From Candidatus Woesearchaeota archaeon (GTDB lineage Archaea; Nanobdellota; Nanobdellia; Woesearchaeales; JABGUJ01): a stretch of 64,000 nt of DNA. The notes beneath the pieces are model-generated. The model was given only the letters and a program-made list of their open reading frames with translations. It did not search any database and was not told the DNA's origin. This document shows, one piece after another, positions 34,644 through 44,194 of the stretch (position 1 is its first letter; the number at the start of each line of letters is the position of its first letter). Location: assembly GCA_018646625.1 (NCBI GenBank), contig JABGUJ010000003.1:73380-137379 (forward strand), in the 5' to 3' direction. A program made the position numbers and the translations under genes.

Positions 34644-36788
34644 ATTGTCAGCCAACACACCTTCTACATAACTCAAAGCATGATAACGTAAATAAGCATC
34701 TTTAACACCTTGATAAAAATCAGTTAAAGTCATATCTACTCTCAACTGTTGTTGCTCAGGCATCTCACCAGATAAATAATTAGCAAAATCATCTCGCGTA
34801 ACACCATTCTCATCTAAATACTCAGCAAGATCTCTAACACCCTGCTTAACCATTTGTCTAAAAGACTTTGCAATAAACAAATTCACTCTTACACCAACAG
34901 CTTCATGAGATTTCTCTCTAACATTATAAGAAGATAATATTTCACCCAAACCATGTTCAATCTCACCAACCAAATCAATATTAGTTTGTTTATCCACACC
35001 CAAATAAGTAAACATAACCTCTCTAACAATCTCCCCCTTCTCAGCATCGGAGTAATAAACATCAGCAGGCTCAGAAAGCTCATAAGCACCCTCGCCACAA
35101 GTAATTCGCCTCATAGCAAACAGCTGCTCAGCATCTTCAACCAAGTCATCCATCCCAGCATTCAACCCAATTACTGCTTGATTATCATGCCATTGCATCA
35201 CCTTGTCAGTCCAAGACTTATGAGTTTTAGCTTTAGCACCTACTGCATCTTTTACAGCAAGCAAATGCTTCCCTCTACTAGCCTCAGTTAAAACAAAAGT
35301 ATGAAAATCACCTTCACTAACATCAACAGCACCAGCACTACGTGCAAGTTCTAAAGCATAATCTCGAGTACCACCACCCATAACAAAATCATCAAAGAAC
35401 GCAACCCTCTCACCACCAACACTAGGATGTTTTTTCTTAAAAGCATCTAAATGCAATTCTCTAATTCGGCCTTCAAATTGAGAATAAAAGTCACTTAACC
35501 GACCAGACAACTCTTTCATTTGATCACTTATTTGACTTTCAGCCAAAGTAATTAAAACATCATCATCACTTTTCCTATATTCAATTCGTTTATCTCTTAA
35601 TTCCATAATTCTTTTAGCAACCAATCTAACTTCAGAAATATCACCAGAGTACTCAGCCTCAGCTTCACCAGTAAAAGCATAAGCCTGCAACATTTTTTCC
35701 ATACTAGAAACCTTAAACACAGTAAGCTCTGGTTTAATATCCAAACCAAACTCAGACCTCATTTCTTCAACAGCCCACTTACCAGGTATGCCACCTCTAG
35801 CAACAAAAACCCCATAACGCAAATCATCTGTCATCAAAGTATGAATAAAAGGAATAGATGCAATAGCTAATTGTCTAGCATCCAAATATTTATGAGCATC
35901 TTCTCGTCTTCGCTCTTGAGGAGAAGTACGCATACTAGGAGTTACAGTTCTTGAATAATCTCCTAAAGAATAAAACAACAAGCCAACAGGAATACCTTCC
36001 TTCTCTGCAAACCGAGTAATTAATTTTCTATCAGCCCTAACTAAATCTAATCTTTGCTTTAATGATTTCAAAACTTCACCAGGATCATTACTCCGTTCAT
36101 CAGCATCTTCAGCAGCCAAGTAAGAATCAATCACACCTTCAAAATCTTGATACGCATGAATCATAAAACCACTATCCGACCAACCTTTAAGTTGTGTTTC
36201 AACATCATCAGGCATCAAATCCCAATGTATTTCTCTGACCCAATCAAAATTTGCATAAGCTTCTCTCAACGCATCAGAAAAGTTCATATCGCCATTAACA
36301 TACACCTCAGCAATATCAGTAAACAGAGCTAATTTATTTGCATCTAAATCAGTAACATACAAGTAAGATTTTTGTATACCCCAACCACTATCTTCTTCCA
36401 TAGCCCTTTCCAACAATGCACGCGCAGAAGGATCATCATACTTACCCGCAATTTCATCTAAAGAAGGTTTGCATGCACAAATACCATAAGGATTACCACA
36501 ACTAATTGCATCACTCCCTTCAACACCAAAACCTTGATTCCAAAAACTCGCATACCAAGAACGATTAGCAAAAATATAATTAGCAGCACAAGGATTACCA
36601 TCATGCGCATCAAACACCTCACCATACTTCCCCAAAACCTCTAACTTTTCTTCAAGAGTTGCTTCAGCAGGCAAACTTCTAGAAAACTTCATCTCAGGCT
36701 TTCCCTCAACCACAGAACCGGGTAAAGGCGAACCTAGCAAAGAAAGGATAAGTGCCCAAGATACTGTATTAAGACCACCTAAAGTCAT
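34626..36788 (-). CDS. large hypothetical protein (720 aa) with signal-like N-terminus and a PRTase-like motif
   Basis: N-terminal hydrophobic VSWALILSLLGSPLPG, Cys-rich segment CGNPYGICACKPS, and ERVAFFDDFVMGGGT at nt 35367-35411. K-poor composition. Confidence 0.55.
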   Translation of the reverse strand: MTLGGLNTVSWALILSLLGSPLPGSVVEGKPEMKFSRSLPAEATLEEKLEVLGKYGEVFDAHDGNPCAANYIFANRSWYASFWNQGFGVEGSDAISCGNPYGICACKPSLDEIAGKYDDPSARALLERAMEEDSGWGIQKSYLYVTDLDANKLALFTDIAEVYVNGDMNFSDALREAYANFDWVREIHWDLMPDDVETQLKGWSDSGFMIHAYQDFEGVIDSYLAAEDADERSNDPGEVLKSLKQRLDLVRADRKLITRFAEKEGIPVGLLFYSLGDYSRTVTPSMRTSPQERRREDAHKYLDARQLAIASIPFIHTLMTDDLRYGVFVARGGIPGKWAVEEMRSEFGLDIKPELTVFKVSSMEKMLQAYAFTGEAEAEYSGDISEVRLVAKRIMELRDKRIEYRKSDDDVLITLAESQISDQMKELSGRLSDFYSQFEGRIRELHLDAFKKKHPSVGGERVAFFDDFVMGGGTRDYALELARSAGAVDVSEGDFHTFVLTEASRGKHLLAVKDAVGAKAKTHKSWTDKVMQWHDNQAVIGLNAGMDDLVEDAEQLFAMRRITCGEGAYELSEPADVYYSDAEKGEIVREVMFTYLGVDKQTNIDLVGEIEHGLGEILSSYNVREKSHEAVGVRVNLFIAKSFRQMVKQGVRDLAEYLDENGVTRDDFANYLSGEMPEQQQLRVDMTLTDFYQGVKDAYLRYHALSYVEGVLADNLRFVA

Positions 36789-36926
36789 TTTAAACCATTA
36801 AAACAGAAGATACAACCAAACCCAGGTTTATAAATCTTTCCATCTTTGTCACTAATTAGTAGTAATATATACATAGATTTATATACTAACTGGGCTTCAA
36901 GATCTAGAAACGATTTTAGAGGTAAA

Positions 36927-38033
36927 ATGAGAATATCAAGAATATTAACAGGTGCAGCAGTTATGACCGCCCTATTACTGGGCACAGTAGGTTGCACAGA
37001 AGATGAAGATTCCACATCAAGGAACCCAACGCAAGCACAACCAAACGAAGTTCTAGCAGACTTTCAAAATGGAATTGGTTCAAAAGCCGATCTTTGTCAA
37101 ATGGTTGAAGGCTTCGGCCAATATACTCCAAAAACAGGAAGCGCACAACCAGGAACTAGCGCAGGAGTTTTAACTAAACCTGTAAGAACCGAAGACACAA
37201 AAAGTCGCGGTCCAGCTCACTTAAGAAATAGCGTTGATGGTTCAGTATTATCAATTTTCTACACTCTTAACAGCGACACATTATACGATAACGATCTTAG
37301 AGATCTTAAACAATACATAAGAGCATTAGACACAGATAATCTTTCAAGTTTAGTAATTGAAGGTTACGCAGGTCCGATTGGATCAGATGCGGACAATGAA
37401 GCACTAGCTAGAAAAAGAGCAGAGAGTGTTGAAAAATATGTAAGAGCATACTTACCTAGAAGTGTAAGAGATAATATCGACATCACAGTTGTCTCTCTAG
37501 GAGAGAGTAAACTCCCACCAGGAGTAGAAGACTCACCAAACACAAAAAGACAAAGACGTAGAGCAAGAGTTATTCCTGAAAGAAATGTAATCCAAATAGG
37601 ACTAGATGAACTTCCTGCAAGAAACTATTTACTTGATCAATCAGGATCTATGAAAGATCTGGTTAATTCAGAAATGACCAAATGGGAAGCAATCCAAGCA
37701 TACCAATTCCCTGACGATTCAAAAATATGGTCATTCTCCGGCAATAGAAGCAGAACATGTACGGGAGATTTATCTCAAGAAGGACCTGACGGTGGAACAC
37801 CTTTGTTCGAATCATTGTACAAAGTAGTTAGCGAGAGTAAAAACACTTCAATAACTGTGCTAACAGATGGTCAAGCAAGCGAGAACGGTTTAGCCGATGA
37901 CATAATCCGAGAAGCAAAAGCAAGAGATGTCAAAATCAACTTCTTAGGCTTAGGATTATCAGACAGTTACAAAGGAGTTCTTGACCAAATCGCATTAGCA
38001 ACTGGCGGTCAAGGTAAGTACTATACTCAATAA
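36927..38033 (+). CDS. lipoprotein with OmpA-like C-terminal-type domain followed by a vWA domain
   Basis: GAGGT SD before the ATG at 36927 and lipobox LLGTVGC. OmpA_C-like IEGYAGPIGSDADNEALARKRAESVEKYV. vWA motifs LLDQSGSM and VLTDGQASE. Confidence 0.7.
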   Translation: MRISRILTGAAVMTALLLGTVGCTEDEDSTSRNPTQAQPNEVLADFQNGIGSKADLCQMVEGFGQYTPKTGSAQPGTSAGVLTKPVRTEDTKSRGPAHLRNSVDGSVLSIFYTLNSDTLYDNDLRDLKQYIRALDTDNLSSLVIEGYAGPIGSDADNEALARKRAESVEKYVRAYLPRSVRDNIDITVVSLGESKLPPGVEDSPNTKRQRRRARVIPERNVIQIGLDELPARNYLLDQSGSMKDLVNSEMTKWEAIQAYQFPDDSKIWSFSGNRSRTCTGDLSQEGPDGGTPLFESLYKVVSESKNTSITVLTDGQASENGLADDIIREAKARDVKINFLGLGLSDSYKGVLDQIALATGGQGKYYTQ

Positions 38034-38068
38034 TTATTTTCTTTTTTCTTTAACTTTTATTTGTTTTG
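38034..38068 (+). terminator. oligo-T tract after the OmpA-vWA gene
   Basis: TTATTTTCTTTTTTCTTTAACTTTTATTTGTTTTG lies directly after the stop. Confidence 0.4.
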
Positions 38069-38081
38069 AAGTCTTAGATAG

Positions 38082-38090
38082 TTATATATA
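38082..38090 (+). promoter_or_regulatory. TATA box (TTATATATA) about 31 nt upstream of the ATG at 38113
   Basis: Canonical spacing with no SD. Confidence 0.5.
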
Positions 38091-38112
38091 GAAAAACCAC
38101 CAGACAATCATC

Positions 38113-38718
38113 ATGACAGAAGAATCATTCATACTACTCAATCTCAAAGATTCCAAAGCCAAGAAAATGGCTCAGGTAATTTCTAATGCAACATCTAGAA
38201 AGATATTAGAATATTTAACTAATAAAGAAGCAACTGAAACACAAATAGCAAAAGCACTCAGTCTACCAGCATCTACAGTACACTACAATCTAAGACATCT
38301 AAAAGAGGTTAATCTAGTAAAAGTAGACAAATTTCACTACAGCGAGAAAGGCAAAGTAGTTGATCACTATAAATTATCAAACAAATTTGTAATCATCGCT
38401 CCAGAAACTCCAAAAACAGAGTCAATCAAAGAAAAACTCAAGAAAATTCTCCCAGTAGTATCAATCGCAGTAGTAGGAGCTGGAATTATCCATTGGTTAA
38501 CACAAGTAAAAATCCAAGCATTCGGAGCCGCACCAATAATGGCCAAAGAGGCAGCAGTTTTTGAATCCGACATGGCAGTTAGAGCCGCACCAATGGCAGC
38601 CAATCTACCCCAACCCACAGAACCTAACATAGCACTCTGGTTTTTTATTGGGTCTATCTCAGCAGTCACAATCTATCTAATAGTAGAAGCACTAATTAAA
38701 CGATTTTCTAAGAGATAA
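38113..38718 (+). CDS. membrane-tethered ArsR-type winged-helix regulator
   Basis: wHTH RKILEYLTNKEATETQIAKALSLPASTVHYNLRHLKEVNLV followed by two hydrophobic helices. Confidence 0.65.
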   Translation: MTEESFILLNLKDSKAKKMAQVISNATSRKILEYLTNKEATETQIAKALSLPASTVHYNLRHLKEVNLVKVDKFHYSEKGKVVDHYKLSNKFVIIAPETPKTESIKEKLKKILPVVSIAVVGAGIIHWLTQVKIQAFGAAPIMAKEAAVFESDMAVRAAPMAANLPQPTEPNIALWFFIGSISAVTIYLIVEALIKRFSKR

Positions 38719-38775
38719 ACACAAAGCTTTTAAGGTCCATAAAGTACAAAGTGATTATACACCCGAGGTGATTAA

Positions 38776-39354
38776 ATGAAAGAAAAATCAAATTGCAATT
38801 CTATGTACATAGTTGCAATCGTAGCAATTGTCGCGATTGTAGGATTAGTTCTATTGTTTATGAATAATGGAAGTAGTAAGTGTGGAAAACAAACACACGC
38901 ACAAATTCCTGCGCTTTTAAGCGAAGCACCAGCAGAAGAAGCTTCAGATTTAGCAGGTCAAGGCTGGTTTGCAACTACACAAGATCATAAAAACTATTTA
39001 AAATGTAAATGGGACGCTTGTGATATGTATATTAAACCAAGTCATCCTGAATACGTCGCACCAGTAGATAGCAATGAAAAACGTAAAAACAATGCAGATT
39101 ATCGAAAGTGCTTTTTGATATGTAAAGCAGACGTATTGAGTGGAGCATATCCACCTACAGCACCAGAACCTGAAGTTTGCCAACTCACAAACGCAACAAA
39201 GTGTCTTGACTCAGAAACAATTAGTATATTCTATATAACTGAAGATTGTCAAGAACATGAAATGTTCACGGAAAGTTGTACAGAAGGTACAAGCTGCACA
39301 ATGAAACCTATCAATTGGGGAATTCCAGTAAACGAATGGGCATTCTGTGAATAA
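38776..39354 (+). CDS. secreted Cys-rich protein (192 aa)
   Basis: GAGGTG SD and N-terminal TM/signal segment. 14 Cys, with a C-terminal Cys pattern loosely like the 49441-51657 paralogs. Confidence 0.5.
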   Translation: MKEKSNCNSMYIVAIVAIVAIVGLVLLFMNNGSSKCGKQTHAQIPALLSEAPAEEASDLAGQGWFATTQDHKNYLKCKWDACDMYIKPSHPEYVAPVDSNEKRKNNADYRKCFLICKADVLSGAYPPTAPEPEVCQLTNATKCLDSETISIFYITEDCQEHEMFTESCTEGTSCTMKPINWGIPVNEWAFCE

Positions 39355-39377
39355 GCCCATAATTTTTTCTTTTTATT

Positions 39378-40187
39378 ATGGTATTAGAACAAATATTCAA
39401 AACCAAGTGGCTTGAGAAGAAGCCGAGACACGCATTTGGGCTGGGCATCCTATATTCTATAATCGGAATTATCAGTGCAATAGTAATATTTCCAAAAAGC
39501 GCAGCAATAATGAGTGTCGCATTCACATCAATTCTATTAGTTTCATCACTTAATCAACTACTACAAACTGAAGAAAATGTAGAAATTAGAGAAAAAAAGC
39601 TTAACATAAAACAATTATTCAAAGATCACAAAGACATTTTTGAAATCTACATTTTTCTATTCATAGGTATATTCTTAACATTTGCAACAACAGCAATAAT
39701 AATAAGCTTCAGCGCAACAGAAAGTTTATTCAGTAATCAATTGGCAGTTGCAGGGTTAACAGGTAGCGCAATAAATATCTCAAGCCCTTTCTTTTCAATA
39801 CTAGTAAACAACTTAATAGTGCTTTTGGTCTGCTTCGTGCTCTCATTAATATACGGCGCAGGGTCAATTTTATTCATAACGTGGAATGCATCAGTATGGG
39901 GAATAATTTTTGGATACATTTCAAAGATCTCAGCACTAGGTGCTGGCACCAATCCAATCTTCGCATTTGGTCAGATATTCTTACCCGCAATACCACATTT
40001 TCTGGCAGAATCGGTCGCATACTTCTGCGCAGCAATAATTGGAGGAGTAGTCTCTAAAGCGGTAATAAGAGAAAAACTATTCTCAAAGAAATTTCACCAC
40101 ATAATAACTGACGCACTAATATTTGGAGCTATTGCAATAGTACTTATAATCCTTGCAGCATTACTAGAAGTCACTATTCCTGCTTAA
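39378..40187 (+). CDS. SpoIIM/DUF95-like polytopic membrane protein
   Basis: Six hydrophobic segments. FFSILVNNLIVLL...GAGSILFITWNASVWG resembles the stage II sporulation protein M family. Confidence 0.55.
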   Translation: MVLEQIFKTKWLEKKPRHAFGLGILYSIIGIISAIVIFPKSAAIMSVAFTSILLVSSLNQLLQTEENVEIREKKLNIKQLFKDHKDIFEIYIFLFIGIFLTFATTAIIISFSATESLFSNQLAVAGLTGSAINISSPFFSILVNNLIVLLVCFVLSLIYGAGSILFITWNASVWGIIFGYISKISALGAGTNPIFAFGQIFLPAIPHFLAESVAYFCAAIIGGVVSKAVIREKLFSKKFHHIITDALIFGAIAIVLIILAALLEVTIPA

Positions 40188-40233
40188 TCTTACAAAAACC
40201 TTTAAAAACACAAAACCCCAACTAGAGATAATA

Positions 40234-41316
40234 ATGAAAAAAAGAGGTATACTGTTAATATTAACACTTCTACTTTGCGCAACTCTAGCGAATGCGTACT
40301 TCTATGAATACAAAAGAGGAGACATACTAGAAGATAGAAAAACAATCTCATACAAACTAGGATACTTAGCAGGGTACGATGATGCATCCAACGAGAAACC
40401 AAGAAACCCATATATGATCTATGACCCTGCCCAAACAAGTAAAATATATTCATTACAAACATCAATCACAGAACAAATAGCCTTAGAAGATCTTTATCCT
40501 GACGACTTCATCAGAGGATACAGAATAGGTTTCTTAGATTTCAGTAGACAGAGACAAAGATACAGAAGCACGCAGAAATTATATGGCATAGAAAGATTAT
40601 ACTCAACGCCAGACATTGTTAACTACCGACATCAAGCAGACAGAACTCAAGTTGACGTAGGTGTACAATACATATCCAAAGATTCAGTATACGAATTTGG
40701 TAAAGAACAAGGAATAAAAGATTTCCAGGAAAATCCAAAGTCACCACAACCATACAAAATTTATGATAAAACTTCAGAAGTTTCCAAACACCCCCTAACA
40801 CAAGTTGCAACTAATCTACTATACAAAACATCATACTACAAAGGATACAGAGATGGATTTGGAATATCACCCGATGCCCCTACAAAAGATGTGGCAGAAC
40901 ATTTAATATTCACAAACTCATATCAACTAGGTTATGAAGATGGTAACAGAGATAAGTTACTAAACAAAAATCCAAATCCATACGAGATATTCGCAATTTC
41001 ATCCCCATTCTTAAAAGATCCATATACGCTTAGAAAATTCTTAGGATCAATTGATAAAATAAACTATATGAATGGTTACAGAGAAGGCTATAAAGGAGAA
41101 CAAGTTAAAAAGAAAGCAGAGTTCAGAGTAGAATTAAACTCATACGAGTTAGGATATACTCTAGGATACCAAGACAAGCTTGCAGACAAAGAAGAAAACC
41201 ATGTATGGATCTATGATTTAAACAACAAAGCCTTTGGCGACAAAACAAAAGATATTCTAAAGAACATTAAATACAAAAGTTATAGCTTAGGATATTCAGA
41301 AGGATACAACTCTTAA
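40234..41316 (+). CDS. secreted repeat protein with recurring Y-x-x-GY-x-x-G[YF] motifs (360 aa)
   Basis: Signal peptide LLILTLLLCATLANA. Seven GY..GY-type motifs and four NP.PY.I[YF]-type motifs. Confidence 0.55.
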   Translation: MKKRGILLILTLLLCATLANAYFYEYKRGDILEDRKTISYKLGYLAGYDDASNEKPRNPYMIYDPAQTSKIYSLQTSITEQIALEDLYPDDFIRGYRIGFLDFSRQRQRYRSTQKLYGIERLYSTPDIVNYRHQADRTQVDVGVQYISKDSVYEFGKEQGIKDFQENPKSPQPYKIYDKTSEVSKHPLTQVATNLLYKTSYYKGYRDGFGISPDAPTKDVAEHLIFTNSYQLGYEDGNRDKLLNKNPNPYEIFAISSPFLKDPYTLRKFLGSIDKINYMNGYREGYKGEQVKKKAEFRVELNSYELGYTLGYQDKLADKEENHVWIYDLNNKAFGDKTKDILKNIKYKSYSLGYSEGYNS

Positions 41317-43235
41317 CCACGACCTTTCTGAGTATGATACAACTCTTCTACAAATTCTAAAGAAGAAATATCTTCTACAGATTTCTCCATGCTTCTTAAA
41401 CGAACAACTCGAGGAAAACGTAATGCAAAACCAGAACCATAATTAGTGCTTTTCTGAATCTCTTCATAATTCACTTCCATAATCACTTCAGGTTTAACCT
41501 TTACTTCTTTTCCAGATTCGGAGATAGTTAACGGCTTCAACAACCCAGTCATTTCTTTGAAAGAAACACCATCTTCATCATCCAGTTCTTTAAATCCAGT
41601 ACCAACTTTTCCAATCTCCAACAACTCACCAGTATTCTCATCCCTACATGCTAAAACAAAAGAAGTCATCCATTCAGATCGTTTACCTTCGCCCCATTCA
41701 GAACCAACAACAACCAAATCTAATGTTTCCATTACGGGCTTAAGTTTTACCGCCTGCCCAACTCTAACCCCTGGTTTGTACACGCCAGATAAATTCTTAA
41801 CCATAACACCTTCTTGACCATCCTTTAATGCATCATCATAAAATGTTTGTGCTTCAAGATCATCAGAAGTAATAAGCTGCTTAGACAATACGATTTTCTT
41901 CTCATCCACTTTAACAATTCTTTTCAAAACCGCTCGACGTTCCTGAAACTCCTTATTAAGCAAAGACTCATCTTCACAAAGCAACACATCAAACACAACC
42001 AACTCAACAGGAAACTTCTGCGCCATGCTTGCAATATCATATTTCCTACGAATTCTCTGAGAAATACTTTGAAAAGGAAGATATTTTCCAGTATCAGAAG
42101 AATAACCTACAGCTTCACAATCAATAATACAGTTTTTTGCATCTACATTTTCAAGAACAAATTTCTTAACTTCAGGAAAAGCCGCAGTAACATCTTCCAA
42201 CCTACGAGTAAACAAAGCAACAGAATCATTTGTTTTATGAATCAACATTCTGAAACCATCATACTTATACTCAAAAGCCGCAGGCTTTCCAACTCTTTCA
42301 AAAGCATCAGCAATATTCTGCGCTTTAGGATACAACATAACTTTAACCGGCCTTCCAACTTCTAAACCAACAGCCAATAATCCTCCTCGACCATCTTCCT
42401 TAGCAATCTTAGCAACCAATCCATAATCATTCAGCATATTATACGCATTCTCAACTAAACTTAGTAAATAATTATACACTTCTCTCGCAATCTTATCATT
42501 AGAAGCCACAACACAATCATAATTCTCAACATCTTTTATTTCAGATATATCAGAAACTTGCAAAACCTTGCCATCACACTTCTCAACTGCAGACGAGAAA
42601 CTAGTCTCCAACTTCTCACCACATTTCATACATAATTTAGTAGAAAGATTCCACTCACCACAGCCACACTTAAACATCACGCCTGCGATTTTAGGAAAAT
42701 AAGCACAAACAACAGCATCCCTTATAGAACCATCACCAACACCAACTCTCATTTCTTCCAAAACAGTTCTTACAATATATTTGGCTTCATCCGGTTGAGC
42801 AGAAGTAAGTAACTCAGATATCAACTTAACCTTCATATCAACAGTTCCTGCCCCTTCTTGCAAAGCCAACTTTCTAAGATTATTAAACACTTTATCTACA
42901 GTAAGATTCTGACTAAACAACGTTGCCTGCTGTTTCTTCTTAATCAAATTCGCTGCCGCCTGTCCCAAATCACCAGTCTCCCTCCATTCCGCTTCAACTT
43001 TAGAAACTTCAATACCTGAAGAAAGATTAATTGCCTTCAATACAAGTTTTGATGCAACACCAATTTTCCGATTATCAAAAGAAGGAAAAACTCTACCTTG
43101 AATCAACAAAACAACTTTCGACAAATCTTCAGAAGGAACTTCTTTCAAAAATTTTGAAAGGTAATAGGTCTTATCAAGCCTCCTGGAAGTGCTCTCAAAA
43201 CTCTGATACAGATTAACCAGATACAAATATTTCAT
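41313..43235 (-). CDS. lig: ATP-dependent DNA ligase with about 70-aa Cys4 insertion
   Basis: Adenylation motif EYKYDGFR (K324), FTRR, EGVMVK and DLVVVG motifs. 640 aa. Confidence 0.9.
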   Translation of the reverse strand: MKYLYLVNLYQSFESTSRRLDKTYYLSKFLKEVPSEDLSKVVLLIQGRVFPSFDNRKIGVASKLVLKAINLSSGIEVSKVEAEWRETGDLGQAAANLIKKKQQATLFSQNLTVDKVFNNLRKLALQEGAGTVDMKVKLISELLTSAQPDEAKYIVRTVLEEMRVGVGDGSIRDAVVCAYFPKIAGVMFKCGCGEWNLSTKLCMKCGEKLETSFSSAVEKCDGKVLQVSDISEIKDVENYDCVVASNDKIAREVYNYLLSLVENAYNMLNDYGLVAKIAKEDGRGGLLAVGLEVGRPVKVMLYPKAQNIADAFERVGKPAAFEYKYDGFRMLIHKTNDSVALFTRRLEDVTAAFPEVKKFVLENVDAKNCIIDCEAVGYSSDTGKYLPFQSISQRIRRKYDIASMAQKFPVELVVFDVLLCEDESLLNKEFQERRAVLKRIVKVDEKKIVLSKQLITSDDLEAQTFYDDALKDGQEGVMVKNLSGVYKPGVRVGQAVKLKPVMETLDLVVVGSEWGEGKRSEWMTSFVLACRDENTGELLEIGKVGTGFKELDDEDGVSFKEMTGLLKPLTISESGKEVKVKPEVIMEVNYEEIQKSTNYGSGFALRFPRVVRLRSMEKSVEDISSLEFVEELYHTQKGRG

Positions 43236-43320
43236 AGATGAATCGAATTAAGGTCCTTATATATAATTTTTGGAAAATAACAGAGAAAGCTTTATTAACC
43301 TCAATATCCAGAGTAAAGCT

Positions 43321-44112
43321 ATGGACTTATTCGAAGCTATCGAGAAAAGACGTAGTATTAGAAAGTACATGGACGTGCCAGTAGAATGGGATAAAATTGT
43401 AAATATCCTGAAAGCAGGCAGGTCAGCACCTTCTGCAGGCAATCTACAAAACTGGAGATTCATTGTTGTCGCAAATAAACAAAGAAGAAGACAACTAGCA
43501 GAAGCATCTTTACAACAATACTGGATGGAATCTGCCCCAGTACACATAGTAGTTTGTTCCATGACAAAGAAGTCATCGCAATTCTACGGAATGAGAGGAG
43601 AAAGATTATATGATATTCAAAACTGTGCAGGAGCGGTAGAAAACATGCTTTTAGCAGCAACATCACAAGGACTTGGAAGTTGCTGGGTTGGTGCATTTGA
43701 TGAAAATGAAGTAAACGACATAATAAACATCCCACCATCTGCTAGGGCTCAGGCAATAGTAACTGTTGGTTACCCAGATGAAGTTCCTCCAAGACCTGCA
43801 CAATATTCTATGTTCACAACAATAAGTATAGAAACATTCGGATGGAGAATTGCTAGTGAATCACAAGCATTAAGATTATATGGTCTTGCAAACAGAGAAA
43901 AAATAGAAAAAATTAAGTCTATGTTTGAAGAAATCACAGGAAAAATAAAACATCACGTTAACAAAGCCATTTCTAAAAAAGACGAAAACAAGGAAAAAGA
44001 AGCATTAGATGAAGAACATAAAGATCTTGAAGAAAAACATGGCAAAGAAAAGTTAGAGAAAACAGATTTACAAAGACACAAAGACGATCTTCTAGACAGA
44101 ATCAACATATAA
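43321..44112 (+). CDS. nitroreductase-family protein with K/E-rich C-terminal extension
   Basis: MDLFEAIEKRRSIRKY, APSAGNLQNW and GLGSCWVG motifs. ATG at 43321; the track ORF starts at a TTG at 43270. Confidence 0.8.
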   Translation: MDLFEAIEKRRSIRKYMDVPVEWDKIVNILKAGRSAPSAGNLQNWRFIVVANKQRRRQLAEASLQQYWMESAPVHIVVCSMTKKSSQFYGMRGERLYDIQNCAGAVENMLLAATSQGLGSCWVGAFDENEVNDIINIPPSARAQAIVTVGYPDEVPPRPAQYSMFTTISIETFGWRIASESQALRLYGLANREKIEKIKSMFEEITGKIKHHVNKAISKKDENKEKEALDEEHKDLEEKHGKEKLEKTDLQRHKDDLLDRINI

Positions 44113-44178
44113 TTATTCAACTACTTCTTAAAAAAATACAACCTATACTAAATTAAAATCGAAAAGAAAAAGGAAAAT

Positions 44179-44194
44179 CCCCAATTGCTTGGGG
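44179..44194. terminator. bidirectional hairpin between the convergent nitroreductase gene and ftsZ
   Basis: CCCCAA-TTGC-TTGGGG is flanked by T-rich runs on both strands. A second 9-bp stem pairs GCCTTCATT (44206-44214) with AATGAAGGC (44242-44250). Confidence 0.5.

Noticed and set aside
36785-37015. 76-aa minus-strand ORF and the TTG-extended start (36846) of the OmpA-vWA gene
   Set aside because: Both lie in the divergent promoter region. The ATG at 36927 has a GAGGT SD and yields a canonical lipoprotein signal peptide.
42486-42695. Intein as the explanation for the ligase insertion
   Set aside because: The insertion is only about 70 aa. It has no Cys/Ser/Thr splice-junction residues with a terminal HN and no homing-endonuclease blocks. 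It looks like a Cys4 Zn ribbon instead.
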